Positions 13,046 to 26,177 of a stretch of 64,000 bases of DNA are shown here, piece after piece; the stretch's first letter is position 1; each line of letters begins with the position of its first letter. Source of the DNA: Squalus acanthias (taxonomy: Eukaryota); NCBI GenBank assembly GCA_030390025.1, contig CM059432.1:119972001-120036000 (forward strand), written 5' to 3'. The notes below the pieces were generated by a model. It saw only the letters and a program-made list of their open reading frames with translations, searched no databases and had not been told where the DNA came from. Both the position numbers and the translations under genes were made by a program.

Positions 13046-13896
13046 TCTGACACTTGCTTCTCTCTTCTTCCCAATTTCAAACTCCTTCAACTTGCATCTT
13101 TGGATTGTCTCTTTTAATACTAGAGTTGAGACTGCGCCCGCTGCCGCTGATTAACGGGAAACCTGGAAGTAAAATGATAATGAGGTGGCCGAGTTAAAAT
13201 GCCACAGACAGAGGCGTTGAACTTGCTTCCGGGTTTCCGTGCGCTGTCGTACCCCCTGCTCCCAGTGCGTCGCAAACTTAAAATCGTGGCCATTGTAATT
13301 TCAGTTATTTTATTCATACCAAGATGTTATTCAGCTTTCATCGAAATCTCCCCATTGAATTTTAAACTTAAATTTTCTTTTTCCTTTCATCTTGTTGTGA
13401 GGCCGCCTAGCTATAAATTTTGCATTCTTATCCTCTTTAAAGTCATTAGTGAATAGCCAGAATATCTGCCAGTGAAAATTAATAAGAAACCTGCTTGAAA
13501 TGATTTTTCTGAGTGCTATGAGTTTTCAACCCACTATTCTCATGGCTCGAAGCATAGATCTGCCCACAACAATGGCCATTCATGCACAGATCTTGCTGGC
13601 ATCAAACGCTCCCCTCTGACAACAGCGGTTTGAACACAACTAGGGAAGAACCACAACCATTGACTTAATGGAACTGGAATGCAACAGTTGGCAAATTTGA
13701 AACATCTATCATAGATGTATTAAAATTCTAAAAGCCATGACAACTTTGTTATTTCAATCATATCAACAGCCCTTGACCACAATGTCAATCTCCCGGACCC
13801 TGCCTACTGAGCAAAGTGTCCACCTCCCACAAACCCCACACCCCTATTGAGCACAATGTTAGGTTCCTACTCAAACTCCTCCCCACGGAACATATT

Positions 13897-14662
13897 GGCC
13901 CAGAAATTTGACTCGGAGGCTTGCCGGGGGGGGGTAAGGATCGCGTGCGATATCACATACTGCGTCTGCCGTCCTTGTTTGCCCCCGCAGGAACTTCGGG
14001 TCTTGGGCTACTCCCTAGTGCCGGCACGCAGTGTGTGCGTGTCCCAGGGGCGCAGTTAGTGCGATGCGACCTCTGGGATCACGTGGGCCATGGAGAGCCA
14101 ATGGCAGCAGACCATCTTTCATTCATAGATTTGACAGGAGACCTGTCAAATCTATGAATTGAAATCAGCCCCAAAAGAACAGCTAAACCTCAAATAATTT
14201 TTTTTTAAAAACCATCACATTAATAAAATAACTATAGTTAAATAAATTAACCACTTTAAACAAAAATGTAAATTTTTGAAAAAATTAAAACATTTTTTAA
14301 AAGTTATAAAAATAAACTTACCTTTCTTTAAAGTCTCTAAAAAAGATAAACCTGTTGAAAAAAATTTAAAATTATACTTAATTAACTACTTACCTTGTTC
14401 AAAAGGGGTCTTACGCCTCCTTTTTACTTGTATAGAATCTTCCATACTTACCCTCGCGTTGAAACCTGAAAAAAACCTAAGTGTGCTGCGTGCGCGCAGC
14501 CTCTAGTGCACACGCGGTTCACCTAGGAACTGCCCCCTTCGCCATACCAGAAGTGCCGGTTTCCCGCGCATGCGCAGTGCATGCAGGAAACCGGCACTTC
14601 GGGAACGAATACGGGTGAGTACGCACTGAGTACTCACCCGTTCTCGGCCGAATTTTTGGGCC
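13897..14662. mobile_element. Non-autonomous Harbinger (MITE-like, ~766 bp)
   Basis: TIRs GGCCCAGAAATT / AATTTTTGGGCC; GC-rich ends and AT-rich core; inverted homolog at 24126-24879. Confidence 0.8.
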
Positions 14663-14869
14663 AATGTACATTACCTGCCCTCCACCACCCCCATTCAGCA
14701 ACATGTCCATTCCCTTCCTCACTGACCATAATGCCCAGCACTGTCCCTCCCTCCTGAGAATTATTTCTGGCACCCCCCACATAGCATTTATAGCTGTCCT
14801 CACTCACTGACCATTACATCTCTCACTGACCACTATGTCCATCATGGCCCCATTGACCAGTGCATCAAC

Positions 14870-15120
14870 ATATCAATTCCTCCTCTTCCTTCTCACCCTC
14901 CTCTTTCCTCCTCCTCCATTCTCCCTCTCTTCTCTTCCATCCCCTCCTCTTTCTGCCTGCTCCTCACCCCCTCCTCATTCCCCTCTTCCCTCCCCCCTCA
15001 TCTCTACTCCTCTCTCCCTACTCCAGGCCTCTCCTTTGTCTTCCTCATCTAATACCACTCTCCCCCCTCCTTTCCTCCCCTCTCATCTCCTCTGTCTCCT
15101 CCTTCCTCTACCTCTTAGTG
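14870..15120. repeat. CT-rich low-complexity tract
   Basis: Polypyrimidine on +. Confidence 0.85.
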
Positions 15121-15159
15121 GTATGAGTAATTATAGTGTAACATATAACAAATATCTAT

Positions 15160-16350
15160 ATTCAAGAAGGGGGATAGAACATGTCCAGGGAATTATAGAC
15201 CAGTCAGCTTAACATTGGTGGTAGGAAAAATAATGGAATCCCTACTAAAGAAGAAAATAGAAGAACATCTAGAAACTAAAAATATAATAATGAATAGTCA
15301 GCATGGATTTCAAAAGGGAAAGTCTTGCTTGACCAACCTCATAGAATTTTTTGAAGAGGTAACAGAGAGAGTAGACAATGGTAATGCAGCAGATGTAATT
15401 TTTCTGGATTTTCAAAAGGCCTTCAATAAGGTGCTCCATAACAGACTGATGAACAAGGTCAGATAATGCGGAGTCAGGGGACAAGTAGCAGAATGGATTG
15501 CTGGCTGGCTTCAGGACAGAAAGCAGAGAGTAGGAGTAAAGGGTAGCTATTCACAGTGGCAGAAGGTGGGTAGTGGTGTTCCACAAGGATCAGTGCTGGG
15601 ACCACTGCTGTTCACAATTTACATGAACGATTTAGACTTTGAAATCAAAAACACAATTTCTAAATTTGCAGATGACACCAAATTGGGGGGCATAGTCAAT
15701 ACTGAGGAGGATTGCAACAAATTACAGGAGGACATTAATAAACTTGCAGAATTGGCATATAATTGGCAAATGAAGTTTAACACAGACAAATGTGAGGTAT
15801 TACATTTTGGTAGGAAGAATAGGGAGGTCACTTATTACTTGGAGGGTACGAGTCTGGGTGGGGTAGAGGAACAAAGGGATCTCGGAGTACAAATACACAA
15901 ATCACTAAAAGTTGCGAGGTTAGCAAGGCCATAAAAAAAAACCAACCAAGCTTTCTAGAGGGATAGAATTGAAAAGTAAGGAAGTTATGCTACACCTGTA
16001 TCGAACCTTGGTTAGACCACACTTAGAGTACTGCGACAGTTCTGGTCACCATATTATAAAAAGGATATAGAGGCACTGGAGAGGGTGCAGAGAAGATTTA
16101 CAAGGATGATACCAGAAATGCGAGGGTATACATATCAGGAAAGCATGAACAGGCTGGGGGGGGGGGAAATTAGGTTGATTTGCGCCTCTCATTGGTGCCC
16201 CCGGGGGAGAAGGTAATAGAGGGTTATGTTGATAGATTTAGATGAGGAAAGACGGGAGGAGGCTCGAGTGGAGCATAAACTCCAGCATGGATTGGTTGGG
16301 CCAAATGGCCTGTTTCTGTGCCGTATATCCTGTGTAATCCTATGTAATGT
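15160..16350 (+). mobile_element. CR1 LINE fragment (RT to 3' end), decayed
   Basis: [35 protein letters not shown] motifs; 3' UTR; a short Harbinger-terminus-like piece at about 16157-16215 replaces part of it. Confidence 0.9.
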
Positions 16351-16679
16351 TTGCATAGGCAGTTCCATTAAAAGTTTGGACACAGAAACTTATACTGGAA
16401 ATATAAAAATAAGGTCAGAAATGAAACACGGAATTACATCCAGTTGCCCCGGTCTAATTATCCACTGGCCTCTTCCCCTGCTTTACCTACTGACTACACT
16501 TGTTCTCGACTCCCTGGAGCCTACATTATCATGCAACTTCAGTGGAAGATCAGCAGAAACCCTGGATAGACGCATTAATGGGCTTTCTGCCAATCTCCTG
16601 TCAAAGTTTTGTTGGCCGATCAAGAGAACCCCTGAGAAAATTCCCGGTAGCTTTCTTTCAACTGTTTCCTTGATTGTCC

Positions 16680-17130
16680 TGCATTATTTTCTCCATTCTC
16701 CTCTTTGTTTTTCCATTCTCATTCTCAGTCTTGACTTCATTCCCTTTTTCTCACAATCCCTATTTCTGATTACCACTGTCATTTCTTTCTCTCTGACTTT
16801 CGCATTACCTTTCCCATGTCTCTCTCACATTCTCTCTGTGCAAATCTTTCTCATATCTTGTCTCTTGTCACTCTTTCATCCCTCTTCCTCTCTCATTCCC
16901 TGTATTTCACCCTCTTTCTCAAATTTATTTCTCATTCTCTCTCCCCCCTATTTCTCTCATTCCCGCTCTTTATCTCTCTTCTCATCTTTCTCATTCACAC
17001 TTCCTCTTCTCTCTCATTCCCACTCTTTCTCACATTCATTCTTTCTACTTCCATTTCCTTACCTCTCTCCTTGTCGCTCTTATTTTTCCTTTCCCCTTTT
17101 TCATTCAACCTCTTCCTCTTCCTTCAGAAT
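16680..17130. repeat. CT-rich low-complexity tract
   Basis: Polypyrimidine; explains the S/F/L-rich spurious ORF. Confidence 0.85.
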
Positions 17131-17520
17131 TCATCTGCAATGATTGGAAATAACTACTGTTAAATCATTCAAAGTCAGTCACTTGGGCCTATAAATTCAG
17201 TTTACTAATCCGCCAATATGGCATGCACATTTCCGGCCAGAATTGAGTCGCCCACCATATTGGAGAAGGGAAAAAATAGGTGTCCAGGGCCCATGTCTAT
17301 TTGAGGCACCCACTGCAAGATTTGTTTGCTCTGAGGCAGCCAGCACCAGCACAACTAATAAGATAAGTGTTTGAAATTTACTTACTTGAATGTAGAGCCA
17401 GGAGGAGCAGGAGTGACTCTACATTTAAGGAACGGTGGCCGCGCTCCCCCCACCCTCGCCCCTCCCTGCTCACCGCCGCTTCACCCGACCGAGCCACCGA
17501 TCCCCTACCCGGCCTCTAAT

Positions 17521-17720
17521 GTGGAGATGCCGGTGTTGGACTGGGGTGGATAAATGTGAGAAGTTGCACAACACCAGGTTATAGTCCAACAACTTTATTT
17601 GAAATCACAAGCTTTCGGAGCGCTGCTCCTTCACCTGACGAAGGAGCAGTGCTCCGAAAGCTTGTGATTTCAAATAAAGCTGTTGGACTATAACCTGGTG
17701 TTGTGCGACTTCTCACATTT
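17521..17720. mobile_element. Palindromic Penelope-like pLTR-derived insertion, copy 2 (tail on the left, opposite orientation)
   Basis: Inverted arms homologous to copy 1; TSD ggcctctRat at 17511-17520 and 17721-17730. Confidence 0.8.
17631..17667 (+). ncRNA. Minimal hammerhead ribozyme motif
   Basis: UCAC-CUGACGA-A-GGAGC(AGU)GCUCC-GAAA-GCUU-GUGA; stem I UCAC/GUGA. Confidence 0.68.
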
Positions 17721-18529
17721 GGCCTCTGATCACCCGACCCCTGGCTTCCAATCCTCCCACCCACAGCCTCCGATCTCCGACCCCTGGCTTCCGATCCCAC
17801 CCACGTCCTCCAATCCTCTTCTCTCCTCCCATACCCCTCACTTACCTGAAGGTCGCTGCGACACTAGCAGTGGCCCAATCTTGTTTCCTCTTCGCCGGCT
17901 GGCTTTTTGCGCCACACCAGCTCCATTGAAATTACACCCGAGTCCCAATATCGGGGGGCGACTCAGGCCTCACTATTCAGATGCAGGGAATGTACCCTGC
18001 GCCCACTACCCCCACCCTGCATGCTCCAATTTTCTTTACCTCATATACATTTTAGTCCATTCGGCCACTGTGCTCGTGCCAGTGTTAACTTTCTCACTGT
18101 AGCTATTTACTCTTTTTCCTTCTTCTAATCCTTTCTTAAATGATCTGATTCGCTCAGCTTCAGTAGCCACTTGTGATAAAATATTCCACAGCCCAATAAC
18201 ACTTTATAAAGGAAAATATTCCTTCTAGCCTTCGCTGTTAAGTTTGTTGTTTTTTTACTCTGAGCGGGCAGGAAAGATGTCATTGCATATATACTGAAAA
18301 CCCGAGTGTTACATTTTCAAACTGTAGCACACCGAATACTTATTAGTTTCCAAGCTATTTTCTAGATGTTCGGATGAATTCCCAATAAGCAGAAAAACCT
18401 AGCAGGAGGTCATAAAATGGCTCGATGATGTGAAGAAAACCATCAAGTCAAAGATTGTATTCAACTATCAAACCAACAGACGAACTGAAGGGGATCCACA
18501 GAGGGTGAAGGAACTGACAGATGCAGAGA

Positions 18530-18690
18530 AGAAAGAGGCAAAAAGAAAGTAGCACATTATTACACCCCTCAGAAACAATCTCAAAGTGCTTCACACACAA
18601 TAAAAGACCTTTGAAATTATATGCGAACAGGGCAGCCATTTTGCACAGCAAGACACCGTACAATAAGCAGAACGACTTGCTAATCTGAAA
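18530..18690 (-). mobile_element. DeuSINE-like 3' fragment
   Basis: Reverse complement resembles the SINE tails at 34940-35070 and 56540-56690. Confidence 0.5.
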
Positions 18691-19877
18691 AGGATGTGTC
18701 CTGACCGTTGTGTCAAGTAAGTGTGGAGGAGATGTTTTATTCCTGACACTGATAACAATATTCTCCATTGTTTCTTTTGCCCTCAATTTTGATTCACAAT
18801 GTTGGCATCTATTAATAGAACGTAACAGCATCAATGCTTATGTCATCTATTATATAATACAATAACTGTCAAAATGCTGTGGATATTATGTAACTGCAGT
18901 GATATAAAAATAATACACACCAATCTAATCTCCATCAATATTGCAAAGCACACTGCACCACAACACAAAAAGCATTACTGTCCAAAGACAGTGTTCCACC
19001 TGTGCCAACATACAAATCTGTGCCACCAGCATACCAGTACCCACCTGGCACAGAGGAGGTAACACTTCACCGACTAAAAGCAGATTAGACCAGTGCTAGG
19101 ATGTAAGTTTGTAAAAATAAAACTGAGATACCAGCAGAGGAGCAGGTGGGTATGGCGCTCACTGGGCATTTCTTGAAATTGTGCATATTAGAGCAACAGC
19201 TAGTTGTGCGCAGTGCGTGTAGTTGGGTGCATTGCATTTTGGATGAGAGTTTAGGATATATGGAAATCTCTATCTCAGCAGCTTCAGTCTCTGAGAAACA
19301 TATTTTCCCCGACAAGTTACATGTCATTGCGTGATCACTGAATGGCAGCACTCCAGTTCACCGCGAAGGAACTGGCACACGATATAGTGACAGTCATTGA
19401 ATCATCAGTGACTCAGCGATTTAGACATGGCATAATAGCAATTCAGACAGCAATTCAAAATAATGTGGCTGCAGCTGTGACCATGTCTGATGTGGGATCA
19501 GCTCTCCAACCAGCTCTGTGATTAGGGCTGGAAGACATTGGAGAAAGACTGCAGTAAACCATGATGGCAGGCGCTTATGGATATATATTGTAGAGGTAAT
19601 TTATCTAGATTTCTAAAAGGCGTTCATTAAGGTGCCACATAATAGACTAATGAATATGGTCAGAGCATGAGGAGTCAGAGAACAAGTAGCAGAATGGATA
19701 AATAGCTGGCTGCAAGACAGAAAGCAGAGAGTAGAGCTAAAGCGTAGCTATTCAGAGTGACAGAAGGTAGAAAATGGTGTTCCACAAGGATCAATGCTGG
19801 GACCACTGTTGTTTACAATTTATATTAACGATTTAGACTTTGGAATCAAAAACGCAATTTCTAAATTTGCGGATAAC

Positions 19878-22755
19878 AACAACAACAACAACTTGTATTT
19901 ATTTTGCACCTTTAACGTAGTAAAATGTCCCAAGATGCTGCACAGGAGTATTCTAAGACAAAAATTTGACACTGAGCCACATAAGGAGAAATTAGGGCAG
20001 GTGACCAAAAGCTTGGTCAAAGAGGTAGGTTTTAAGGAGCGTCTTAAAGGAGGAAAGAGAGGTAGCAAGGCGGAGAGGTTTGGGCGGGAGTTCCAGAGCT
20101 TAGGGCCTAGGCAACAGAAGGCACGGCCACCAATGGTTGAGCGATTATAATCAGGGATGCTCAAGAGGGCAGAATTAGAGGAGCGCAGATATCTCGGGGT
20201 GGGGATTGTGGGGCTGAAGGAGATTGCAGAGATAGGGAGGGGCGAGGCCATGGAAGGATTTGAAAACAATGATGAGAATTTTGAAATCGAGGCGTTGCTT
20301 AACCGGGAGTTAATGTAGGTCAGCGAGCACAGGGGTGATGGGTGAACGGGACTTAGTGCGAGTTAGGACATGGGCAGCTGAGTTTTGGATGACCTCAAGT
20401 TTACGTAGGGTAGAATGTGGTAGGCCAGCCAGGAGCGCATTGGAATAGTCAAGTCTAGAGGTAACAAAGGCATGGATGAGGGTTTCAGCAGCAGATGAGC
20501 TGAGGCAGGGGCGGAGACGGGCGATGTTACGGAGGTGGAAATAGGTGGTCTTAGTTATGGCGTGGATATGTGGTCGGAAGTTAATTTCAGGGTCAAATAT
20601 GGCACCAAGGTTGCGAACAGTTTGGTTCAGCCTCAGATAGATGTTAGAGAGAGGGATGGAGTCGGTGGCTAGGGAACGGAGTTTGTGGCGGGGACCAAAG
20701 ACAATGGCTTTGGTCTTCCCAATATTTAATTGGAGAAAATTTCTGCTCATCCAGTACTGGATGTCGGACAAGCAGTCTGAAAAATTAGAGACCGTGGAGG
20801 GGTTGAGAGAAGTAGTAGTGAGATAGAGCTGGGTGTCACCAGTGTACATGTGGAAACTGACGGCGTGTTTTCGGATGATGTCGCCAAGGGGAAGCATGTA
20901 GATGAGAAATAGGAGGGGCCAAGTATAGATCCTTGGGGGACACCAGAGCTAACAATGCGGGAGCAGGAAGAGAAGCCATTGCAGGTGATTTTCTGGCTAC
21001 GATTAGATAGATAAGAATGGAACCAGGTGAGTGCAGTCCCACCCAGCTGAATGATGGTGGAGAGGCGTTGGAGGAGGATAGAGTGGTCAACCATGGCAAA
21101 GGCTGCAGACAGATCAAGAAGGATGAGGAGGGATAGTTTACCTTTGTCACAGTCACAAAGGATGTCATTTGTGACTTTCAGAGCTGTTTCGGTACTGTGG
21201 CGGGGCGGAAACTGGATTGGAAAGAGTCAAACATCGAGGTCAGGGAAAGATGGGCACGGATTTGGGAGGTGACAACACGTTCAAGGACTTTGGAGAAGAA
21301 AGGGAGGTTAGAGATGGGGCGGTAGTTTGCAAGGACGGAGGGGTCAAGGGTTGTTTTTTTGAGGAGAGGGGTGATGACGGCAGATTTGAGGGAAAAGGGG
21401 ACAATACCTGAGAAAAGTGAACCATTAACAATGTCAGCTAACATGGGAGCCAGAAAAGGAAATTGGGTGGTCAGCAGTTTAGTGGTTGAGGGAGCAGGAA
21501 GTGGGTCTCATGGACAAGATGAGCATGGAGAGATCAAGAGGAGAGATTGGAGAAAAACTGGAGAAAGTTGCGATTTCAGGGCTAGGGCAGGGGGGGAAAC
21601 TTAGAGGAGGTTTGGCCTCCTGGGCTAGGGGAAGGAAGGGAAGTGGCAGAGTAAGCGGATCTGATGGTCTCAATCTTAGAGACAAAGAAGTCCATGAGCT
21701 CCTCGCACTTGTAGTTGGATGTGAGTGTGGAGCAGACAGTGGAGAGGCTTTTAAGAAGATGGTTAGCAGTGGAGAATAGAAGTCAGGCGTTATCTTTGTA
21801 TTCCAGAATGATCCTGGAATAGTGAGCAGTTTTGGCAGACAAGAGTAGGACCCAATAATGCTTTATGTGGTCCAGCCAGATCTGGCGGTGAATGGCTAAA
21901 CCAGTTGTCCGCCATATCCGTTCAAGTCTGCGTCCCTTGGATTTGAGGGAGTGAAGATGAGGGCCATACCAGGCGGAACGGCCAGGGTGTGAGCAATTGT
22001 TTTAGTAGGGACTAGGGCATCAAAGGTGGTGGTGAGGGTGTGGTTGAGCAGATCGGTAGCTACAGAAATGTTGTGAATGGAGGGCCAAAGGCTGGACAGT
22101 TGGAATTTCATAAGCGCAGTTGTGAGGGAGTTGGGAGAGAGTTTTTTCCACGGGCAGGCACAGAAGGAAGTAGGGTTGGGTGGGGGAAGGGGGAAGTGGG
22201 TGGAGAGCGATATAAGGAAGTCGTCAGAAATGGCCTTATCTGCGATTGACACGGTGGGAGTAGCGAGGCCACGAGAGATGGCAAGGTCAAGGGGGTGGCT
22301 TTGAATATGGGTTGGGGAGTTCACATGGAGGGAGAGATTAAGTGAGGATAGGAGGCTAGTGAACTCAGAGGAGAGAGAGCATGATGAATTGAGTTGGAGT
22401 TTGAAATCACCGAGGATGAAAAGTCGCTCGGTGCAGAGGCTGAGGGAGGAAAGCAATGAAGATATCTCTGTGACAACATTTTTATCGTACTTGGGTGGAC
22501 GGTAGAGAACGAGAATTTTAAATGAGAGGTGAGAGGAGTGGAACAAGGTGAGATGCTCAAAGGAGGAGAAAGTGCCAGGGGAGTAGGGGGACAGATCAAG
22601 GTATGATTTGGTGATGAGAGCCACACCGCCACCATGGCAGTCTGGGTGGGGCAAGTGGTGGAAGGTATAGCCAGGCGGGGAGGCTTCACTTAAGGGTAAG
22701 GTGTCATCACCCCTCAACCAAGTTTCCTTCAGGGCCATGATATCGATGCAATTAA
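19878..22755 (-). mobile_element. L2 LINE (APE endonuclease + RT), decayed
   Basis: [70 protein letters not shown]; (TTG)n 3' tail; possible TSD ATAAC. Confidence 0.92.
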
Positions 22756-23705
22756 ATAACACCAAATTGGATGGGGGGAGGGGAGGTTAGTGAATACTGA
22801 GGAGGACGGCAACAAATTACAAGAAGACATTAATAAACTTGCAAAATGGCATATAATTGGCAAATACATTATAACACAGGTAAGTGTGAAGTATTACACT
22901 TTGTTAGGAAAAATAAAAAGGTCACATATTACTTAGAAAATAAGAATCTAAATAGGGTAGAGGAGCAAAGGGGTCTCGGAGTACAAATACACAAATGACT
23001 AAAAGTAGCGATGCAGGTTAACAAGGCCATATAAAAGCAAACCAAGCACTAGGATTTATTTCTAGAGGGATAGAATTTTAAAGTAAAGAATTTATGCTAA
23101 ACTTGTATAAAACCTTGGTTAGACCACACTTGGAGTACTGTGTACAATTCTGCATACCATATTATAAAAAGGATACAGAGGCACTGTACAGGGTGCGAAA
23201 ACTATTTACAAGGATGATACCAGAAATGTGAGGTTATAGCCATCAGGAAAGGCTGGGTCTCATCATTTCTCTTGAAAAGAGAAGGCCGAGGGGTGACCAA
23301 ATAGAGGTCTTTAAAATTATGAAAGGTTTTGATAGAGTAGACACAGAGGGGGAGAAATTCATTATAGCCCAGGAATGGGCACTAACATTGGGAAAGTTTG
23401 AGATTTAGCGCCAGGCGCTAATGAATCACGCTGCACGCAATATTCAGTGTCATCGCTCAAAGAAAGGATGGGAGCGCTAAGTAAAATGCTAACGGCCTAG
23501 ATTAATGGCGTTACACTCAAAGCGCTAACCAATATCAGGTGCAGTCTAATTGCAAGCCATCATTACCACAGGCTCTTTCTAGTTCTTAAACGGAAAGTTC
23601 TTGATGCTGCAGAACCTCATTCCCAGCATTGCTGCCTGTGAACCTGTGTCAGCAAGCAGGAGCAGGCCAAGCCCAAGAAGCCGGACGACTCAACCAGCTG
23701 TACTC

Positions 23706-25852
23706 ATGGCAGATCCACACCCCAGGGAGAGAGCCCGCAGATTTTTGGACCAAGCGTTGGAGGAGTTGGTGTCCACTGTGGAGAGACGGAGGGCGGTGCT
23801 CTACCTGGCAAATGGCAGGAGGGCCCTCACCGTAAAGTCTTCTGTGCCATGTGGAGGGAGATTGCCCATCAGGTCTCGGGCCCAGGACCCACACACATTG
23901 CAGGAAGAAATTTAACGACCTCACTCGGGTGGTCAGGGTGAGTCAATGCCTCAACAAATGCTACATTCACCGTCTGAACCACAGCCTGCACACACTGCCC
24001 AAAGCACCACACCCCCAGCACTCACCCACCAACAATCTCTACCTACCACCACTCACACTCACATGTCACACCTTGCACACAATGACAGCTATTCAACTAT
24101 GGCAGGCACATCACCCAAACACGTTGGCCTGAAAATTAGACCTAATACGCGAGAGTACGCACTGTGTACTCTCGCGTATTAGGTCTCCAATTGCTGGTTT
24201 CCTGCATGCACTGCGCATGCGCGGGAAACCGGCACTTCGTGAATTGAAAAGGGGGCGGTTCCTAAGTGAACCGCGTGCGCGCTACAGGCTGTGCGCACGC
24301 AGTGCACTTAGTTATTTTTTCAGCTTTGAACGCGCAGGTAAGTGGTGAACATTTTACACATAAAGAAAGGAGGCGTAGGACCCCCTTTTTACAAGGTAAG
24401 TAGTTAATTAAGTGTTATTTTAAATTTTTTTCAACAGGTTTATCTTTTCTAGAGACTTTAAAGAAAGGTAAGTTTATTTTTATAACTTTTAAAAAGATTT
24501 TACATTTTTTCAAAAATTAAATTTTTTGTTTAAAGTGGTTAATTTATTTAACTATACTTATTTTATTAATGTGATGGCTTTTTTTAAAATTTAATTGAGG
24601 TTTAGCTGTTCTTTTGGGGGTGTATAGTATTCATAGTTTTGACAGGTCTTCCTGTCAAAACTATGAATGAAAGATGGTGTGCTGCCATTAGCTCTAACTG
24701 AATCACGTGATCCCAGAACTAATTGCGTCTCTGGGTCACACAAGCACTGCATGGTTCCAAGAGAGAGAGCCTTTCAGACTAAAGTTCGTGTGGGCCCGGA
24801 GCAAAAAGGTAGGCGCGGAGTGCGATATCGCGGGGATTCCTTACCCCCGCGGGAACCCTCACTGTTTAATTTCTGGTCCAGTGTTCCACACTCACACACT
24901 TTCCTTTCTCTTGCAGGCCAAGGTGGCTCACAACAGGAGGGAGCAGAATTGCACAGGCGGGGGACAAGCCGACACCCAACCACTGTCTGCGCTGGAAAAT
25001 AGAGTTCTGGAGATTATTGGGTGCCAGATGGTGGGCGTTGTGGCCACCGGCCACACTGACCCCCTACTCCTTCTTCTCACATCCCACTTCCCCCTCACCC
25101 CACAAGTCTTTCGCATTTTCCAGCTAATCATGCTCTATTCATGCATTTCTCCCTTCCTGCCCCCCTCCCCTCACCTTAACCCGACTCTTGTGCCTTTATA
25201 CTTTCAGATAATGAGCAAGCACTGGAGCAGCCGGTCCGAGGGCACCGTAGAGAGCGAGGCGGGAGAAGACGAGGAGGAAGAATACACCGCGTCACTGCAT
25301 GTCTCACCCGCAGGCACCAGCTCAGATACTGGCACTACGCGTTCTTTAGAGGCTAGTATAGTAGCGGGATCCACACAGGTTGAGATACCGGGGATGAGTG
25401 GGCTTCAGCAAGTCCAGGGGGAAAGGGTAGCTCGGGGGCCAGCTCCCCGGAGGGAAAGTTCACGCACGGGTTCTGCTGCACAGGACTCAGATGAGGACCT
25501 CGATGGGCAGGCCTTTAGAAGAAGGGTGATGGGCATGCACATGGAGATGATAGGTGCAATGGCAAAGGTGCCCGACAGCCTCTCGGCAATGGTCAGGAGC
25601 GTGGAGGAGTCCGCCTCCAACATTGCACAAAGCTCTGCGCACACCATGGAGCCCATCATTTCCAGTCTGGAAAGGACGGTAGACTCCCAGAGAGACCGTG
25701 GCGACCCAGACCTGATGCCGCGTGTGATGGGCGATCTGGCAGCTTCCATTGCAGCACAGACGGAAGTGACGCAACGTCTTAGTGCAGTAATGCAATCTAT
25801 GGTTGGTGCCATTCAATCTCAGACTGCTCTTATGCAGTCTCAGCTTGATGCC
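23706..25852 (+). pseudogene. Myb/SANT-like partner gene of H4 (exon 1 23706-23937, exon 2 from 24917, exon 3 from 25208), truncated by CR1
   Basis: RERARRF.DQALEELV, CRKKFNDLTRVVR|GTGAGT; TTGCAG|AKVAHNRR; TTTCAG acceptor; frameshifts. Confidence 0.85.
24126..24879. mobile_element. Non-autonomous Harbinger MITE in intron 1 of the H4 Myb gene
   Basis: Reverse-complement homolog of 13897-14662; ends GGCCTGAAAATT / AATTTCTGGTCC. Confidence 0.82.
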
Positions 25853-26177
25853 ACAGGGATCGGTGCTGGGACCTCAACTATTTACAATTTACATTAATGA
25901 CTTGGATGAAGGGACAGAGTGTAACGTAGCCAAGTTTGCGGATGATCTGTAAAGGGATATAGACAGGCTAAATGAGTGGGCAAACATTTGACAGATGGAG
26001 TATAATGTGGGAAAGTGCGAGGTTATCCACTTTGGCAGGAAAAATAAAAAAGCAAATTATTATTTAAATGGAGAGAGATTACAAAATGCTACAGTTCAGA
26101 GGGACCTGGGAGTCCTCGTGCATGAAACACAAAAAGTTAGCATGTAGGTACAGCAAGTAATCAAAAAGGCAAATGGA

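Larger units (their letters stand above)
9322..13291 (+). mobile_element. PIF/Harbinger DNA transposon H2, near full length, decayed
   Basis: TIRs GGGCTGAATTTTAA / TTAAAATCGTGGCC; TSD ATT on both sides; convergent nuclease and Myb genes. Confidence 0.87.
17185..18040. mobile_element. Probable old non-autonomous Harbinger-type element hosting palindrome copy 2
   Basis: Begins GGGCCTATAAATT; GC/CpG-rich body resembling 50107-51117; right end uncertain. Confidence 0.4.

Noticed and set aside
16226..17143. 305-aa ORF
   Set aside because: Starts in a CR1 3' UTR and runs through a CT-rich tract that lacks stops; no domain signature
24707..25897. 396-aa ORF as a single gene
   Set aside because: Reads through MITE end, intron, Myb exons 2-3 and into CR1; only parts are real coding remnants
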